Shown here: one piece after another, positions 49,354 through 59,940 of the stretch
Layout: every line of letters starts with the position of its first letter
Position numbering within the stretch: the first letter of the stretch is position 1
DNA from: Thermobacillus sp. ZCTH02-B1
GTDB lineage: Bacteria > Bacillota > Bacilli > Paenibacillales > Paenibacillaceae
NCBI RefSeq assembly: GCF_002159085.1
Contig: NZ_LZRU01000035.1
Coordinates: 19,866-83,865, forward strand
DNA length: 64,000 nt
Direction: 5' to 3'
The notes under the pieces: model-generated
Database searches by the model: none
Told to the model about the DNA's origin: nothing
What the model saw: only the letters and a program-made list of their open reading frames with translations
Position numbers and translations under genes: made by a program

Positions 49354-50823
49354 TCACCCGCACGTCGGCTCGGGCGCCGGGACGGACGGCACCGTCCCGG
49401 CCGCCGCCTTGCCGTGCATCGTGCGGAAAAACTCGGGATCGACCTCGGCCAGCGACATCCAGGCATCCACACACCGCGGGTCGAACTGCTTGCCGCTCTC
49501 CTGCTCGATGATCCGCATCGCATGCTCGTGGCTCATCGCGGGCCGGTAGGATCGCGAGGACGTCAGCGCGTCGTAGACGTCCGCCACCGCGGCGATCCGC
49601 GCGAGCAGGGGGATCTCCTCGCCCTTCAGCCGGTCCGGATAGCCGTTGCCGTCCCAGCGCTCATGATGCGAGCGGATGATCTCCAGTTCCTCGGTCATGA
49701 AACCGAGCTGCTTGCACAGATTGTATCCGTGCACGGGGTGCAGCTCGATGACGGCCCGCTCTTCCGGCGTCAGCCTGCCGGGCTTGTTCAGAATCTCGTC
49801 GGGGATGAACAGCTTGCCGACATCATGGACGATGCCGCCCTGCGCCAGCGCCCGCAGCATCCGCGGCTGCACGCCCATGTGCTCGGCGAGCCGCAGCGCG
49901 TACATCGCCACGCGGTAATTGTGCCCCGCCGTGTAGGCGTCCTTGCCCTCGGTCTGCGCGATGAGCGCCCGGACGCTCGGCGAGATCGACGATTCGATGA
50001 TGCGGCGCGGATCCGGGCGAAACAGCGTACTGAACAGGCCCGCGACGGACGGCTGGCCGACATACTGCGCGATGACGCCGACGACCATGCAGCCGATGGA
50101 CCCGAACAGGGTGAAATGATACAGCCACCAGCTCGCATCCCAGATGTCGCCGTAGACCATGATGATGATCGAGACGATGAGCAGGCTGGAGCTGCAGACG
50201 ATGCCGAGATGGATCGGAAAGCGGGTCATGACGTACAGCTTGCGGTAACGGTACATCGCGAACAGACCGGGGACCGCCGTGATCAGGCAGTACAGCCAGG
50301 GATGAACGGCGGGATTGGGGAACGCCCGGTCGAGGCGGGCGGAGCCCGCGAAAGCCGCGAAGATCAGCATCGCCAGGACGGCGACCCAAATCGGCACGAG
50401 CGCGCGCTGCGCTCGCGCCAGCCAGCGCACGAAGGCCAGGTCGGTCGGCAAGGCGGACAGGAAGACCCATATCGAAGCGATGACGACGCTGAGTCGGCCG
50501 GACAGGGCGGGCAGCGCGTCACCATCCTCCACGATGAACCCCGGCGTCGACAGGCCGTGCAGCATGAACAGCCCGGCCAGCGAGATGTAGCCGATGGACA
50601 GGAAGGTGACGTTCACGTTTCTCAGCCGGATCCCGGCCACGCCGACGGCGATCGACACCAGCAGCGCGAGGAGCGACACGATCGAAACGACATAGAAATG
50701 CCCGACCGGATGTTCCAGCCTCGCATGCCGATGGTGCGACACCCCGTCCATGATGAAAAAGGCGCCCATGGAGACGCCGAACAGCAGCCCGGGAGCGAGC
50801 CAGGACCACAGTTTCGCGCGCAT
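49354..50823 (-). CDS. Membrane-bound HD-GYP phosphodiesterase
   Basis: About 8 hydrophobic segments then KDAYTAGH, HDVGK, HHERWDGNGYP, ADVYDALT. Confidence 0.9.
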   Translation of the reverse strand: MRAKLWSWLAPGLLFGVSMGAFFIMDGVSHHRHARLEHPVGHFYVVSIVSLLALLVSIAVGVAGIRLRNVNVTFLSIGYISLAGLFMLHGLSTPGFIVEDGDALPALSGRLSVVIASIWVFLSALPTDLAFVRWLARAQRALVPIWVAVLAMLIFAAFAGSARLDRAFPNPAVHPWLYCLITAVPGLFAMYRYRKLYVMTRFPIHLGIVCSSSLLIVSIIIMVYGDIWDASWWLYHFTLFGSIGCMVVGVIAQYVGQPSVAGLFSTLFRPDPRRIIESSISPSVRALIAQTEGKDAYTAGHNYRVAMYALRLAEHMGVQPRMLRALAQGGIVHDVGKLFIPDEILNKPGRLTPEERAVIELHPVHGYNLCKQLGFMTEELEIIRSHHERWDGNGYPDRLKGEEIPLLARIAAVADVYDALTSSRSYRPAMSHEHAMRIIEQESGKQFDPRCVDAWMSLAEVDPEFFRTMHGKAAAGTVPSVPAPEPTCG

Positions 50824-50931
50824 GGAACCCCACCCTGACCTCCGGCAAGGGATGCTTTCCGTCCAAAATGGTCGATCCGTTTCCAATATACCGTGTCCCG
50901 GCATGCAACCAAATGTCGAAAATCACACCGT

Positions 50932-51435
50932 TCACACGCCGAATTCCAGCGCGCCGACGCGTTCCCCCCGCTCATCCGTGATCAGGATCGTGTAGGCCGC
51001 CTGCCCGTCGAGCGGATGCGCCAGCCTGAAATTGAGCTTCTGCAGCCGCTTCGCATGGAACCGGTCGCTGCCGGTCACCATCAAATCCCCCGGAACCTTC
51101 CGGCCTTCGGCGTCAAGCAGCGCGATATCGTACAGCGCCTGCCTGTCATCGCCGTAAATATAGCCGAAGGCGAGCTGCCCGAGCTCGCGGTAATACAGCA
51201 CGTTCGTCAGCCGGATCCCCTCGCGTTCGTAATCCGCGCGCCGGGTTTTCAACGCGAGGGGCTTTTCGGCGGTCCGCGGCGCGTCTCCGGGCAGTATGGC
51301 GTAAGAGCCGTACAGCTGGTAATGGCGGCTGATCACTTCGAGTTTGACGGCGGGATACCCGAGGTACACGAGCATGAACAGCGCGATGCCCGCCGCGCCG
51401 AGCAGCAAGATGCGGCGTGTCCTGCTTCCGTCCAT
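50932..51435 (-). CDS. Hypothetical membrane-anchored protein
   Basis: SD AAGGAGG; single N-terminal TM; 4 bp downstream of the ABC gene. Confidence 0.75.
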   Translation of the reverse strand: MDGSRTRRILLLGAAGIALFMLVYLGYPAVKLEVISRHYQLYGSYAILPGDAPRTAEKPLALKTRRADYEREGIRLTNVLYYRELGQLAFGYIYGDDRQALYDIALLDAEGRKVPGDLMVTGSDRFHAKRLQKLNFRLAHPLDGQAAYTILITDERGERVGALEFGV

Positions 51436-51439
51436 GCGT

Positions 51440-53245
51440 CTAATCCTCCTTTCCTTTCACCGCCGTCAGCTCAAGCCCGTGCGGGCTGCGGGAATGGCGG
51501 TACAGCTCGGCGTAATAGCCGTTTGCGGCGAGCAGCGATTCGTGGTTGCCCTGCTCGACGATGCGGCCGTCCCGCATGACGATGATGCGGTCGGCGTGCC
51601 GGATCGTCGACAGCCGGTGCGCGATGACGAGCGTCGTCCGACCGCGCGCGGCCCGGTCCAGCGCCTGCTGCACCAGCCGCTCCGTATGCGAGTCCAGGTT
51701 GGCGGTCGCCTCGTCGAGGATGAGGATTTTCGGCTGAAACACGATGATCCGCGCGAAGGAAATGAGCTGCCGCTCGCCGGCCGACAGGCCGCTCCCCCGC
51801 TCCGACAGCCGCGTTTCGTAGCCGTCCGGAAGGCGGGCGATCATCTCGTCCGCGCCGACGAACCGGCACGCCTCGATCACCCGCTCCCGACCGATCTCCT
51901 CCCGGAACAGGCGGACATTGTCGAGGATCGTCCCCGAGAACAGGAACGGCTCCTGCTGCACGAGCCCGACGATCCGGTGCAGCGTGCCTTGCGGAATCCG
52001 GCGGATGTCGACGCCGTCGATCTCCACGCTGCCGTGATCCACGTCGTAGAAGCGGGCGAGCAGGCTGACGAGCGAGCTTTTGCCCGCGCCGGTCACGCCG
52101 ACGATGCCGACGAACTCGCCGGGCCGGATGTGCAGGTCGAGATCGTGCAGCACCTCCGTACCTTTTAAGTAAGAGAACCGGATTTGGTTGAAATCGATCC
52201 GCCCTTTCACCCGTTCCGGCGACAAAGCAACCGCCGTCTCCGGCTCGGGGTCGCGCACCTCCGGTTCGGCGGAGAAAATCCGCCACAGCCGCTCCATCGA
52301 TACCATTGTCGACTGCAGCGTGTTCCATTGCTGCGTCAGCTGGTTGATCGGCTGGAAGAACTGCCGGATGTACGTGATGAACGCATAGAGCACGCCGAAC
52401 TCGAACTTCTGGTGCAGCACCGCGTACCCGCCGAGCCATACGGCCGCGGCCACGGCGGCGTTGCCGAGCAGTTCGAAGGAGCGGTTGAACAGGATCGTAG
52501 CGCGCACCTCGCGCAGGTTCTCCTTCAGGTAGGTCCGGTTCGTATCGGTGAACCGCCGGTATTGTTCCTCCTCCTGGTGGAACGCCTGGATCAGGCTCAT
52601 GCCGGACAGGTTCTCCGCCGTGAACGCGATCAGCCGCGAGAGCTGCGCCCGCGACCGGTGGTACGCATTCCGCAGCGCGCGGCGGAACAGCAGCGCGATC
52701 GCGCCGATGATCGGGATCAGGATCATGGCATAGAGCGCCAGTTCCGCGTCGAGCCAGAACATGAACCCGATGATCATGACGAGCATGAACCCGTCCCGGA
52801 CGAGGCTGAGCAGCACCTGCGTGAAGAACTGGTTGATCGTCTCCGTGTCGTTCGACTCGTTCGTCACGAGGCTGCCGATCGGGTGCCGGTCGAAGAACGA
52901 CATCGACTGGTTCGTGATGTGGCGGAACAGATCCTTGCGCAGCTGCGCGACGATCGCCTGCCCCGCCCGCTGGAGCAGATTGCTCTGCCAGTAGGAGAAG
53001 ACGAAGGCGACGATCGCAAGCAGCGCGTAAGCCGCCCCGAGCCCGATCAAAATCGGAATGCCGGATTCGCCGAGCGGGATCGTGTCGTCGATCGCCGTCT
53101 TGACGATGACCGGCTGCAGCAGATCGGCCGCGATCGCGAGGAACGTGCACAGGATGCCGAGCAGGAACTTCCGGCGATGCGGCCGCGCGTAGCCAAGCAA
53201 GGCGCGCAACGCGCGCCGGCGATGCAAGGGTTTCTCCTCAGCCAC
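51440..53245 (-). CDS. Heterodimeric ABC exporter subunit (BmrD/YheH-like)
   Basis: TMD + NBD; GVTGAGKSS, degenerate signature LSAGE, Walker B ILDE. Confidence 0.92.
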   Translation of the reverse strand: MAEEKPLHRRRALRALLGYARPHRRKFLLGILCTFLAIAADLLQPVIVKTAIDDTIPLGESGIPILIGLGAAYALLAIVAFVFSYWQSNLLQRAGQAIVAQLRKDLFRHITNQSMSFFDRHPIGSLVTNESNDTETINQFFTQVLLSLVRDGFMLVMIIGFMFWLDAELALYAMILIPIIGAIALLFRRALRNAYHRSRAQLSRLIAFTAENLSGMSLIQAFHQEEEQYRRFTDTNRTYLKENLREVRATILFNRSFELLGNAAVAAAVWLGGYAVLHQKFEFGVLYAFITYIRQFFQPINQLTQQWNTLQSTMVSMERLWRIFSAEPEVRDPEPETAVALSPERVKGRIDFNQIRFSYLKGTEVLHDLDLHIRPGEFVGIVGVTGAGKSSLVSLLARFYDVDHGSVEIDGVDIRRIPQGTLHRIVGLVQQEPFLFSGTILDNVRLFREEIGRERVIEACRFVGADEMIARLPDGYETRLSERGSGLSAGERQLISFARIIVFQPKILILDEATANLDSHTERLVQQALDRAARGRTTLVIAHRLSTIRHADRIIVMRDGRIVEQGNHESLLAANGYYAELYRHSRSPHGLELTAVKGKED

Positions 53246-54998
53246 GGACGACCGCCTCCTCTCCCTGCATCCGCGCCATCGCGGCGTAACGGCCGTCCAG
53301 CTCCATCAGTTCGCGGTGCGTCCCCCGCTCGACGATGCGCCCGCCCTCCATGACAACGATGAGATCCGCGTGCATGACCGCGCTGATCCGGTGCGCGATG
53401 ATCAACGTCGTCTTGCCGCGGCGGGTCTCCCGCAGGTTGCGCAGAATCCGCGATTCGGTCACGGTGTCGACGGCGCTGACGCTGTCGTCGAGGATGAGGA
53501 TCGGCGCCTCCTTGATCAGCCCGCGGGCGAGGCTGGTCCGCTGCCGCTGGCCGCCGGACAGCGTGAGCCCCCGCTCCCCGAGCTTCGTCTCGAATCCGTC
53601 CGGAAACCCGATGATGTTCTCGTACACGTCCGCGAGCCGGGCCGCGTGTTCGATCCGCTCCCGCGGCTCGGCCCGGTTGTGGAACGCGATGTTGTCCGCG
53701 ATCGTCGTGCTGAACAGAAAGCCGTCCTGCGGCACGTACCCGATCGACGTGCGCAGGCTCTCGAGCGTCGTCTGCCGGATGTCCCGTCCGCCGATCCAAA
53801 TGCTTCCGCGCGGCGGATCATAGATGCGCAGCAGCAGCTTCGCGAGCGTCGTCTTGCCGCTGCCGGTGCGGCCGACGATGCCGACCGTCTTGCCCGCCCC
53901 GATCTCGAGATCGATGCCCGTCAGAGCCGGCCGGCGGGCGCCCGGATAGGTGAAGGTGAGGCCGCGGATCTCGATGGATGCGGCTCCTTCCGGCAGCGGC
54001 CGGGCGCCTTCCTCGTCGGCAATGTCCGGCCGGATCGAGAGCAGTCCGTTCAGCCGCTCGAGCGAGGCGCGGGCGCGCTGCACCAGATTGATCACGTTGC
54101 CGATCTGCTGCAAGGGGGTCGCGATCATGCGCAGATACAGCGTCAGCTCGACGAAATGGCCGAGCGAGAGCTTCCCCTGCGACACGAGCACGCCGCCCCA
54201 GGTCATCGCCACCACAAGCGCCATCGCGCCCGCCAGCGGCAGCGATGCCTGGAACTTGCCGCTCAGACGGACGAGCCGATGCTGATGCTCGCGGATCCGG
54301 TCGACCGTCTCCCCGAACCGCGCCCGCGCGATTTCTTCCGCCGCAAAGGTCTTCGTCACCCTGATGCCGCCGAACTGCTCCTCGGCCGATTCGGTCATCG
54401 CCGCGAGCGACTCCTGCACCTTGAGCGACTGCCCGCGGATGCGCGGGCCGAAGTACGTGACGAGGAACGGAATGGCGCCGAGCGGCAGCACGCTGACGGC
54501 CAGAACGGGCAGCGGAATGCCGCTCAGCAACATGATGGTCACGGTCGACATCAGCAGGACGACGGCGTTCGTGAGCTGGTTGAATCCGTTCGCGATCGAT
54601 TCGCGCACCGTCGTCACGTCGCTCATCACGTAGCTGAGCAGTTTTCCGATGCCGTTCTTCGAGAGCCAGGCTTCACTTAGGTTCGTGAAATGCCGGAACA
54701 GCTTCTGGCGCGTCGAAAATTCAAAATAGCGTCCGAGCCGGTGGTTGATGTACTGGCCGATGCCGAACAGGACGCAATAACCGGCTCCGATCGCGAGCAG
54801 CCGGAGGCCGCTTGCGCGGACCGCCGCGGCGGTGAGACCTCCCGACTCCACCCGGTCGGCGAAGTCGCCGAGCACAGACGGGTACAGCGCATGCACGACG
54901 TTCGCCGCCCCGATGGAGAGAGCCGCGAGCAAGTACCAGAACCAATATTTTTTCAACTGCGCCGGGACGAGTCCGGATTTTCCCAACGGGCTTCTCAC
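53238..54998 (-). CDS. Heterodimeric ABC exporter subunit (BmrC/YheI-like)
   Basis: GRTGSGKTT, LSGGQ, degenerate Walker B ILDD; start GTG 54998 or TTG 54986 (ORF-track 1001 aa overextends into the MFS gene). Confidence 0.9.
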   Translation of the reverse strand: MRSPLGKSGLVPAQLKKYWFWYLLAALSIGAANVVHALYPSVLGDFADRVESGGLTAAAVRASGLRLLAIGAGYCVLFGIGQYINHRLGRYFEFSTRQKLFRHFTNLSEAWLSKNGIGKLLSYVMSDVTTVRESIANGFNQLTNAVVLLMSTVTIMLLSGIPLPVLAVSVLPLGAIPFLVTYFGPRIRGQSLKVQESLAAMTESAEEQFGGIRVTKTFAAEEIARARFGETVDRIREHQHRLVRLSGKFQASLPLAGAMALVVAMTWGGVLVSQGKLSLGHFVELTLYLRMIATPLQQIGNVINLVQRARASLERLNGLLSIRPDIADEEGARPLPEGAASIEIRGLTFTYPGARRPALTGIDLEIGAGKTVGIVGRTGSGKTTLAKLLLRIYDPPRGSIWIGGRDIRQTTLESLRTSIGYVPQDGFLFSTTIADNIAFHNRAEPRERIEHAARLADVYENIIGFPDGFETKLGERGLTLSGGQRQRTSLARGLIKEAPILILDDSVSAVDTVTESRILRNLRETRRGKTTLIIAHRISAVMHADLIVVMEGGRIVERGTHRELMELDGRYAAMARMQGEEAVVRG

Positions 54999-56251
54999 CT
55001 GCTTTCCGCCGGCTGCCGCGCCGGCTTCTCTACGAGAAAGAAGATCGGCATCTGCGTCAGAGCCGCCGCGAACAGGACGACGGGCAGCATCGCGGATTCG
55101 GGGTTGTCGGCGAACGCGAGCAGCGCCACGATGGACAGAACGCGGCCCGCGTTCAGGAACACTTCCCGCATGACAATGGCCTCGTTCCGGAGCTGGCCCC
55201 TGAGCGGCAGAAGCGCGATCCGGCGATAGTAGAAATTGGACAGGGTATTGTTCATGAGCGGATTGCCGAGCGAAAACAGGATCATGAACACGGCGACGGT
55301 CCAGAACGCGAAATCGATGAACAGGAAAGCGGCGCCGATCACGACGCCGGCCGACGACAACAGGACGTACAGCCTTCCGAAATGTTCCCGGCCGAAGCGC
55401 GAGACGAGGAAGCTGGACAGAATGACGAGGCCGGAAAAGAAGATCGTGAGATAGCCGACCCAATCCTCGCGCCCGACCGTCCGGTACAGCAAGATGTTGG
55501 GCAGGAACAGCGTAATGCCCTGAAACAGCCCCCACAGGAAGAAGGCGAAGAGCGCCCTGAGCCAGGCGGGCTGCCGGCGCATCACGTGCGGCACGAGCCC
55601 GATGTAGAACGTCTTGTGGCGGAAGCCGGACGGCCGCAGGCGCAGGCTGAGCGCGGCCGCGGCAACGAACAGGGCGAGGGACAGCGAGAACGTGACGAGG
55701 TAGCCCGTCAGCCCTTCCATCACGCCGATGATCGTGCCGGCGACCGCCGGTCCGGCCAACCCGGCCAGATTGAAGAACGTCGTGTTGAGCCCGAGGAACC
55801 GGATCCGGTTCGCGGGGGTGGACACGTCGTACATCAGGACGAGATAGGCCGTCCAGTACATGCCGGAAGCGATGCCGCTGAACAGCCCGAACCAGATGTA
55901 GTGCCGCACCACGGCCGTGCCGGCGAGGATGACCAGCAGATAGAACAGCGCCGTCAGCACGATGCCGATCCGGTACGTGACGAGCCGGTCGGTCCGCTTC
56001 GCGAGCCAGGCGCCGGCCAGAAAGCCGACCGGGGTCAGCAGGAACACGACGATGTTGTAGATGCCGTTCACGGCCAGATCCTCGGTCAGGCGCCAAAGGT
56101 ACAGGTTCAGGAACAGACCCGCCATCGATGCGCCGAACTGGAACAGGCTGTGGATGCCGATCGTCAGGACCGCTTCGCCCGACAGACGCCGGTCCGGATC
56201 GACGGGACCTCCCGCACCTGTAAACGCCTTCAACCGGGACCATAAACCCAT
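54995..56251 (-). CDS. MFS transporter (YqgE-like)
   Basis: About 12 TM segments; FLNLYLWR, REVFLNAGR. Confidence 0.88.
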   Translation of the reverse strand: MGLWSRLKAFTGAGGPVDPDRRLSGEAVLTIGIHSLFQFGASMAGLFLNLYLWRLTEDLAVNGIYNIVVFLLTPVGFLAGAWLAKRTDRLVTYRIGIVLTALFYLLVILAGTAVVRHYIWFGLFSGIASGMYWTAYLVLMYDVSTPANRIRFLGLNTTFFNLAGLAGPAVAGTIIGVMEGLTGYLVTFSLSLALFVAAAALSLRLRPSGFRHKTFYIGLVPHVMRRQPAWLRALFAFFLWGLFQGITLFLPNILLYRTVGREDWVGYLTIFFSGLVILSSFLVSRFGREHFGRLYVLLSSAGVVIGAAFLFIDFAFWTVAVFMILFSLGNPLMNNTLSNFYYRRIALLPLRGQLRNEAIVMREVFLNAGRVLSIVALLAFADNPESAMLPVVLFAAALTQMPIFFLVEKPARQPAESR

Positions 56252-56383
56252 GCCGCTTTTCTCCTTCCGGTGCTAGTCCGGTGATGCCGTTTTCCCCCTA
56301 TTGTAGATTCCCCCGCCGTGAAAGCAAACGGAACAAGGCCGGCTCAGGCTCGTTCTCGAGCCGTGCCGGCCCGTTATGCCGCG

Positions 56384-57847
56384 TTATCCGCCCCTTTTCA
56401 GCCAATTGAGCATGTCATCCAGCGTCGCCACGGGGACGATGTTGAGATCCGGTGCGCCGAGGCGGGCTTCCGTCTCCTGTCCGGCCGGCACGAAGAAGAC
56501 GTCCGCGCCCGTCCGGCTGACCGCGTACGCCTTCTGCCGGACGCCGCCGACCGGGCCGATGACGCCGCCCGGTCCGATCGTGCCGGTGCCCGCGACGTAG
56601 CGCCCGCCGGTGACGCCGCCCGGCGTCCACTGGTCGATCAGCGCCAGCGCCAGGATCGCGCCGTGCGACGGGCCTCCCTCGTGCATGAAATACCGCCGGT
56701 ACGCGATCCCGTCCGGCACGTCCGGGTCGAGGAGGGTCTCGATGACGATGCCGAAAACCGCCCGTTCCGGATCGTCCTCCGCCGGCCCCGTCGCCGCCGT
56801 GATCCGAAGCGCGGCCCCGTCCCGCAGCACGGCAAGCCCGACCGCCTCGCCCGGCCTGATCCGCCGCATCGCCTCCGCGAGATCGGCGGTCGAGCGGACG
56901 GCGGCGCCGCCGGCCGCCGTGATGATGTCGCCCGCATGCAGCGCGCCCGCGGCGGGAGCGTCCTTCATGACGGCGACAACCCGCGCGCCGCGCATGCGGA
57001 TGCCTTCGCCGCGGCCGGTCCGCTCGGCGGCGATCGCGGCTGCCGCGGCCTCCGCGTCCAGCTTCTGGCTGCGGACGAGCTCGTCGTATTCGGCGAGCGG
57101 CATGCCGAGCGACGCGATCGGCTCAAATTCGTAATGCGGGAACAGCCGCGCGTACAGCCGGTCGGCGAGGAAGGCCGGACGGCCGAGGACGAGCACGCCG
57201 TCGATCCGCCCCTTCGGCTCGCCGTCCGCGGCGCGGGCATAGCGGTTCACGTCGAACGTCAGGCCGGGCGTCGTCACGATCTCGCCCGTGGGCGTAAAGA
57301 GCAGGGCCAGAAGCGCGAGCATCCCCGCGAAGGCGCGCAGCGTGCGCGCGGGAAGCCGCCGCTTCCGGCGGCGACGCTCGGCGAAGGCGAGATCCGCGAA
57401 CGCCGCGAGCCATGCGGCCCCGAGCGCGCCGAGCGCCGTGAACATGCGCGCCGGTTCCAGGCTGATCGCGGAGACGCACGCGCAGGCGGCGGCGCCGAGG
57501 ACGGCCGCCGCCGCGGGCGGGATCAGCGCCCGCTTCGGCGCGCCCCCCAGCGCGCCTTCCGCGAGGCGGAAGGAAGCCGCCGCCGTCCAGAGCGCCGGCG
57601 GCAGCGCGAGCGCGTAGACGAGCACGTCCAGCGCCTCGATCCAGCGCACGCCGCCGGGCAGCGGCAGGGCGTCGGGCAGCCAGACGAGCTGCCCGGCGAC
57701 GCACAGCGCGACCGCCGCCGCCATGCCCGCCGCGTGCAGCCGCTCCGCCCGTCCCGGCCGCGCCGCCGGTCCGCGCTCCCCGGTTCCCGCGCCCCGGGTT
57801 TCGCCGCTTTCGGCCTGTCCGGTCCGCGAAGCCGTCGATTCCGTCAT
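56384..57847 (-). CDS. PDZ-containing Lon-like (S16, YlbL-like) protease with multi-TM N-terminus
   Basis: PDZ (APAAGALHAGDII), GGPSHG Ser, AGTGTI, GGVRQK Lys. Confidence 0.82.
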   Translation of the reverse strand: MTESTASRTGQAESGETRGAGTGERGPAARPGRAERLHAAGMAAAVALCVAGQLVWLPDALPLPGGVRWIEALDVLVYALALPPALWTAAASFRLAEGALGGAPKRALIPPAAAAVLGAAACACVSAISLEPARMFTALGALGAAWLAAFADLAFAERRRRKRRLPARTLRAFAGMLALLALLFTPTGEIVTTPGLTFDVNRYARAADGEPKGRIDGVLVLGRPAFLADRLYARLFPHYEFEPIASLGMPLAEYDELVRSQKLDAEAAAAAIAAERTGRGEGIRMRGARVVAVMKDAPAAGALHAGDIITAAGGAAVRSTADLAEAMRRIRPGEAVGLAVLRDGAALRITAATGPAEDDPERAVFGIVIETLLDPDVPDGIAYRRYFMHEGGPSHGAILALALIDQWTPGGVTGGRYVAGTGTIGPGGVIGPVGGVRQKAYAVSRTGADVFFVPAGQETEARLGAPDLNIVPVATLDDMLNWLKRGG

Positions 57848-57996
57848 CCCGATCGCTCCGTTTCCCTGGGATACCGCTTCTAAGATTACCATTTTATCAC
57901 GAACGGCCCGGTCCCTGACGGCCGGCAGCCGGACTTCTCACCCGCGCGCCCGTTGCGCTATGATGAATAGGGAGACAAGATAGGGGGATCAGGGCC

Positions 57997-59901
57997 ATGA
58001 ATCCTCGTGTACGTGCGGCGCTGCTCAACCCGTTCGTGCTGTTCACGCTGATCATGACCGTCAAGTTCTACCTGGCGTCGGCCGTCATATTCGACGGTTC
58101 CATATGGAATCCGCTCGTCACTTCATTGCCGTCGGTATGGGCGGCCTTCGCGCTGATCGAGCTTCTGGCGGACAGGCGCAAGACGCTTGCCTACGCGCTT
58201 GTGGACCTGGTCTATACCGCCATCTATTTCGCCGTCATCATGTACTACAAATACTTCGGCATCATCGTGACCTACCACGCGTTCTCGCAGATCGGACAGG
58301 TCAAGGAAGTGAAGGGAAGCGTCTTCCAGCTCCTGCATCCCTACTTCCTGCTCATTTTCGTCGATCTCGTCGTCATCGCCCTGCTGTTCGCCTCGCGGCA
58401 CCGCGGGTTCCGCCGCTGGGCGTCGCGGCCGAAGCCGGGCCGCGGACACCGCTTGGCCGCCGCCGCGCTGTTCGTCGCCATGACCGCGGTCTGCGCCATG
58501 CAGATCGTGCCGAACCGGAATATCCTGAACGAGCTGGCGCGGGCCGAACGGATGGGCATCATCAACTACGAGGTCGACGTCATGCTGACGTCGGGGCGGG
58601 AGACGCTGTTCGAGCCCGGCGCCGTCACGCCGGACGCCGTGCGGGAAGTGAAGCGGCTGCCGCGGAAGGCCGTGCCGGAAGCGTTTCGGGCGGCGGAGGG
58701 ACGGCATATCCTTTTCGTGCAGCTCGAGGCGTTCCAGACGATGCTGCTCGATCTGAAGGTAGACGGCGCCGAAGTCACCCCGGTGATGAACCGGCTCAAG
58801 GAGGAGGGACTGTTCTTCCCGCGGTTCTTCCAGCAGGTCGGCGCGGGCAACACGTCCGACGCCGAGTACGTGGCGAACACATCCCTGCTGACGCCGCCCG
58901 TCGGCGCCGCCTCCGAAACGTACGGGAAGAAGGCGCTGCCGAGCCTCGCGAAGCTGCTCCATGCGCGGGGGTACAAGACAGTCACGTTCCATACGAACGA
59001 CGTCGCCTTCTGGAGGCGCAACGATCTGTACGCCGCCATCGGCTTCGACCGGTATTACGACCAGCAGTTTTTCCAGGACGAAGACTTCGTCCATTTCGGC
59101 TCGTCCGACGAGGTGCTGTACCGGAAGAGCGTCGCCGAAATCGCGCGGCTGGCGGCAGACGGCGACAGGGTGTTCGCGAACCTCATCTCGATGTCCGCGC
59201 ACCATCCGTTCAATCTGCCCGCGCACAAGGACACCTTCGATCTGCCGGAGCGGTTCCGCGGCACGTTCGTCGGCGACTATCTCCGCTCGCAGCACTACGC
59301 GGACAAGGCGCTCGGCGTATTCGTCGAAGAAATGAAGGCGGCGGGCCTGTGGGAGAACAGTCTCATCGTCATTTACGGCGACCACATGGGTATGCCCGTC
59401 TACTCGCTGACGAAGGAAGACCGGAAGCTGCTGAAGGAGCTGCTCGGCCGGACGTACGGCTATTATGACATGCTGCGCGTGCCGCTCCTGATCATCGCGC
59501 CGGGCGCGCTCGAACCGCGAACGGTCGGGACCGTCGGCGGCCACAGCGACATCACGCCGACCGTTGCGAATCTCGCCGGCATCCGGCTGGACGACTGCAT
59601 CGCGTTCGGCCAGGATCTGCTGAATTACGACAGCAACCTGCTGCCGATCCGCTATTATCTGCCCACGGGATCGTTCATCAACGACCGCGCGATCTTCGTG
59701 CCCGGCGAGGCGTTCGGAGACGGGACGGCGTATCCGCTCGACGGCGGCGAACCGGTCGGCGCCGATGCCGCCGGACCCGACGGCAAGCCGCTGGTCACCG
59801 AAGACGAGTACCGGCGGGCGCTCGATCTGTTCCGCATGTCGCACAGCTACGTCTCGCAGCTGCCCGAACGGACGAAGGACGGCGGGCGGCGTTCCAGTTG
59901 A
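57997..59901 (+). CDS. ltaS: Lipoteichoic acid synthase family protein
   Basis: Five TM segments; VQLEAFQ, GNTSDAE catalytic Thr, AHHPF, YGDH. Confidence 0.9.
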   Translation: MNPRVRAALLNPFVLFTLIMTVKFYLASAVIFDGSIWNPLVTSLPSVWAAFALIELLADRRKTLAYALVDLVYTAIYFAVIMYYKYFGIIVTYHAFSQIGQVKEVKGSVFQLLHPYFLLIFVDLVVIALLFASRHRGFRRWASRPKPGRGHRLAAAALFVAMTAVCAMQIVPNRNILNELARAERMGIINYEVDVMLTSGRETLFEPGAVTPDAVREVKRLPRKAVPEAFRAAEGRHILFVQLEAFQTMLLDLKVDGAEVTPVMNRLKEEGLFFPRFFQQVGAGNTSDAEYVANTSLLTPPVGAASETYGKKALPSLAKLLHARGYKTVTFHTNDVAFWRRNDLYAAIGFDRYYDQQFFQDEDFVHFGSSDEVLYRKSVAEIARLAADGDRVFANLISMSAHHPFNLPAHKDTFDLPERFRGTFVGDYLRSQHYADKALGVFVEEMKAAGLWENSLIVIYGDHMGMPVYSLTKEDRKLLKELLGRTYGYYDMLRVPLLIIAPGALEPRTVGTVGGHSDITPTVANLAGIRLDDCIAFGQDLLNYDSNLLPIRYYLPTGSFINDRAIFVPGEAFGDGTAYPLDGGEPVGADAAGPDGKPLVTEDEYRRALDLFRMSHSYVSQLPERTKDGGRRSS

Positions 59902-59909
59902 CGGCCGCG

Positions 59910-59940
59910 GGACCGCCCGGTTTCCCGGGCGGTCCGTTTT
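59910..59940 (+). terminator. Terminator after ltaS
   Basis: GGACCGCCCGG/CCGGGCGGTCC stem + GTTTT. Confidence 0.75.

Noticed and set aside
53238-56243. Apparent 1001-aa ABC fusion protein
   Set aside because: The first ~415 aa are an off-frame reading of the MFS gene; the real ABC gene starts at ~54998/54986.
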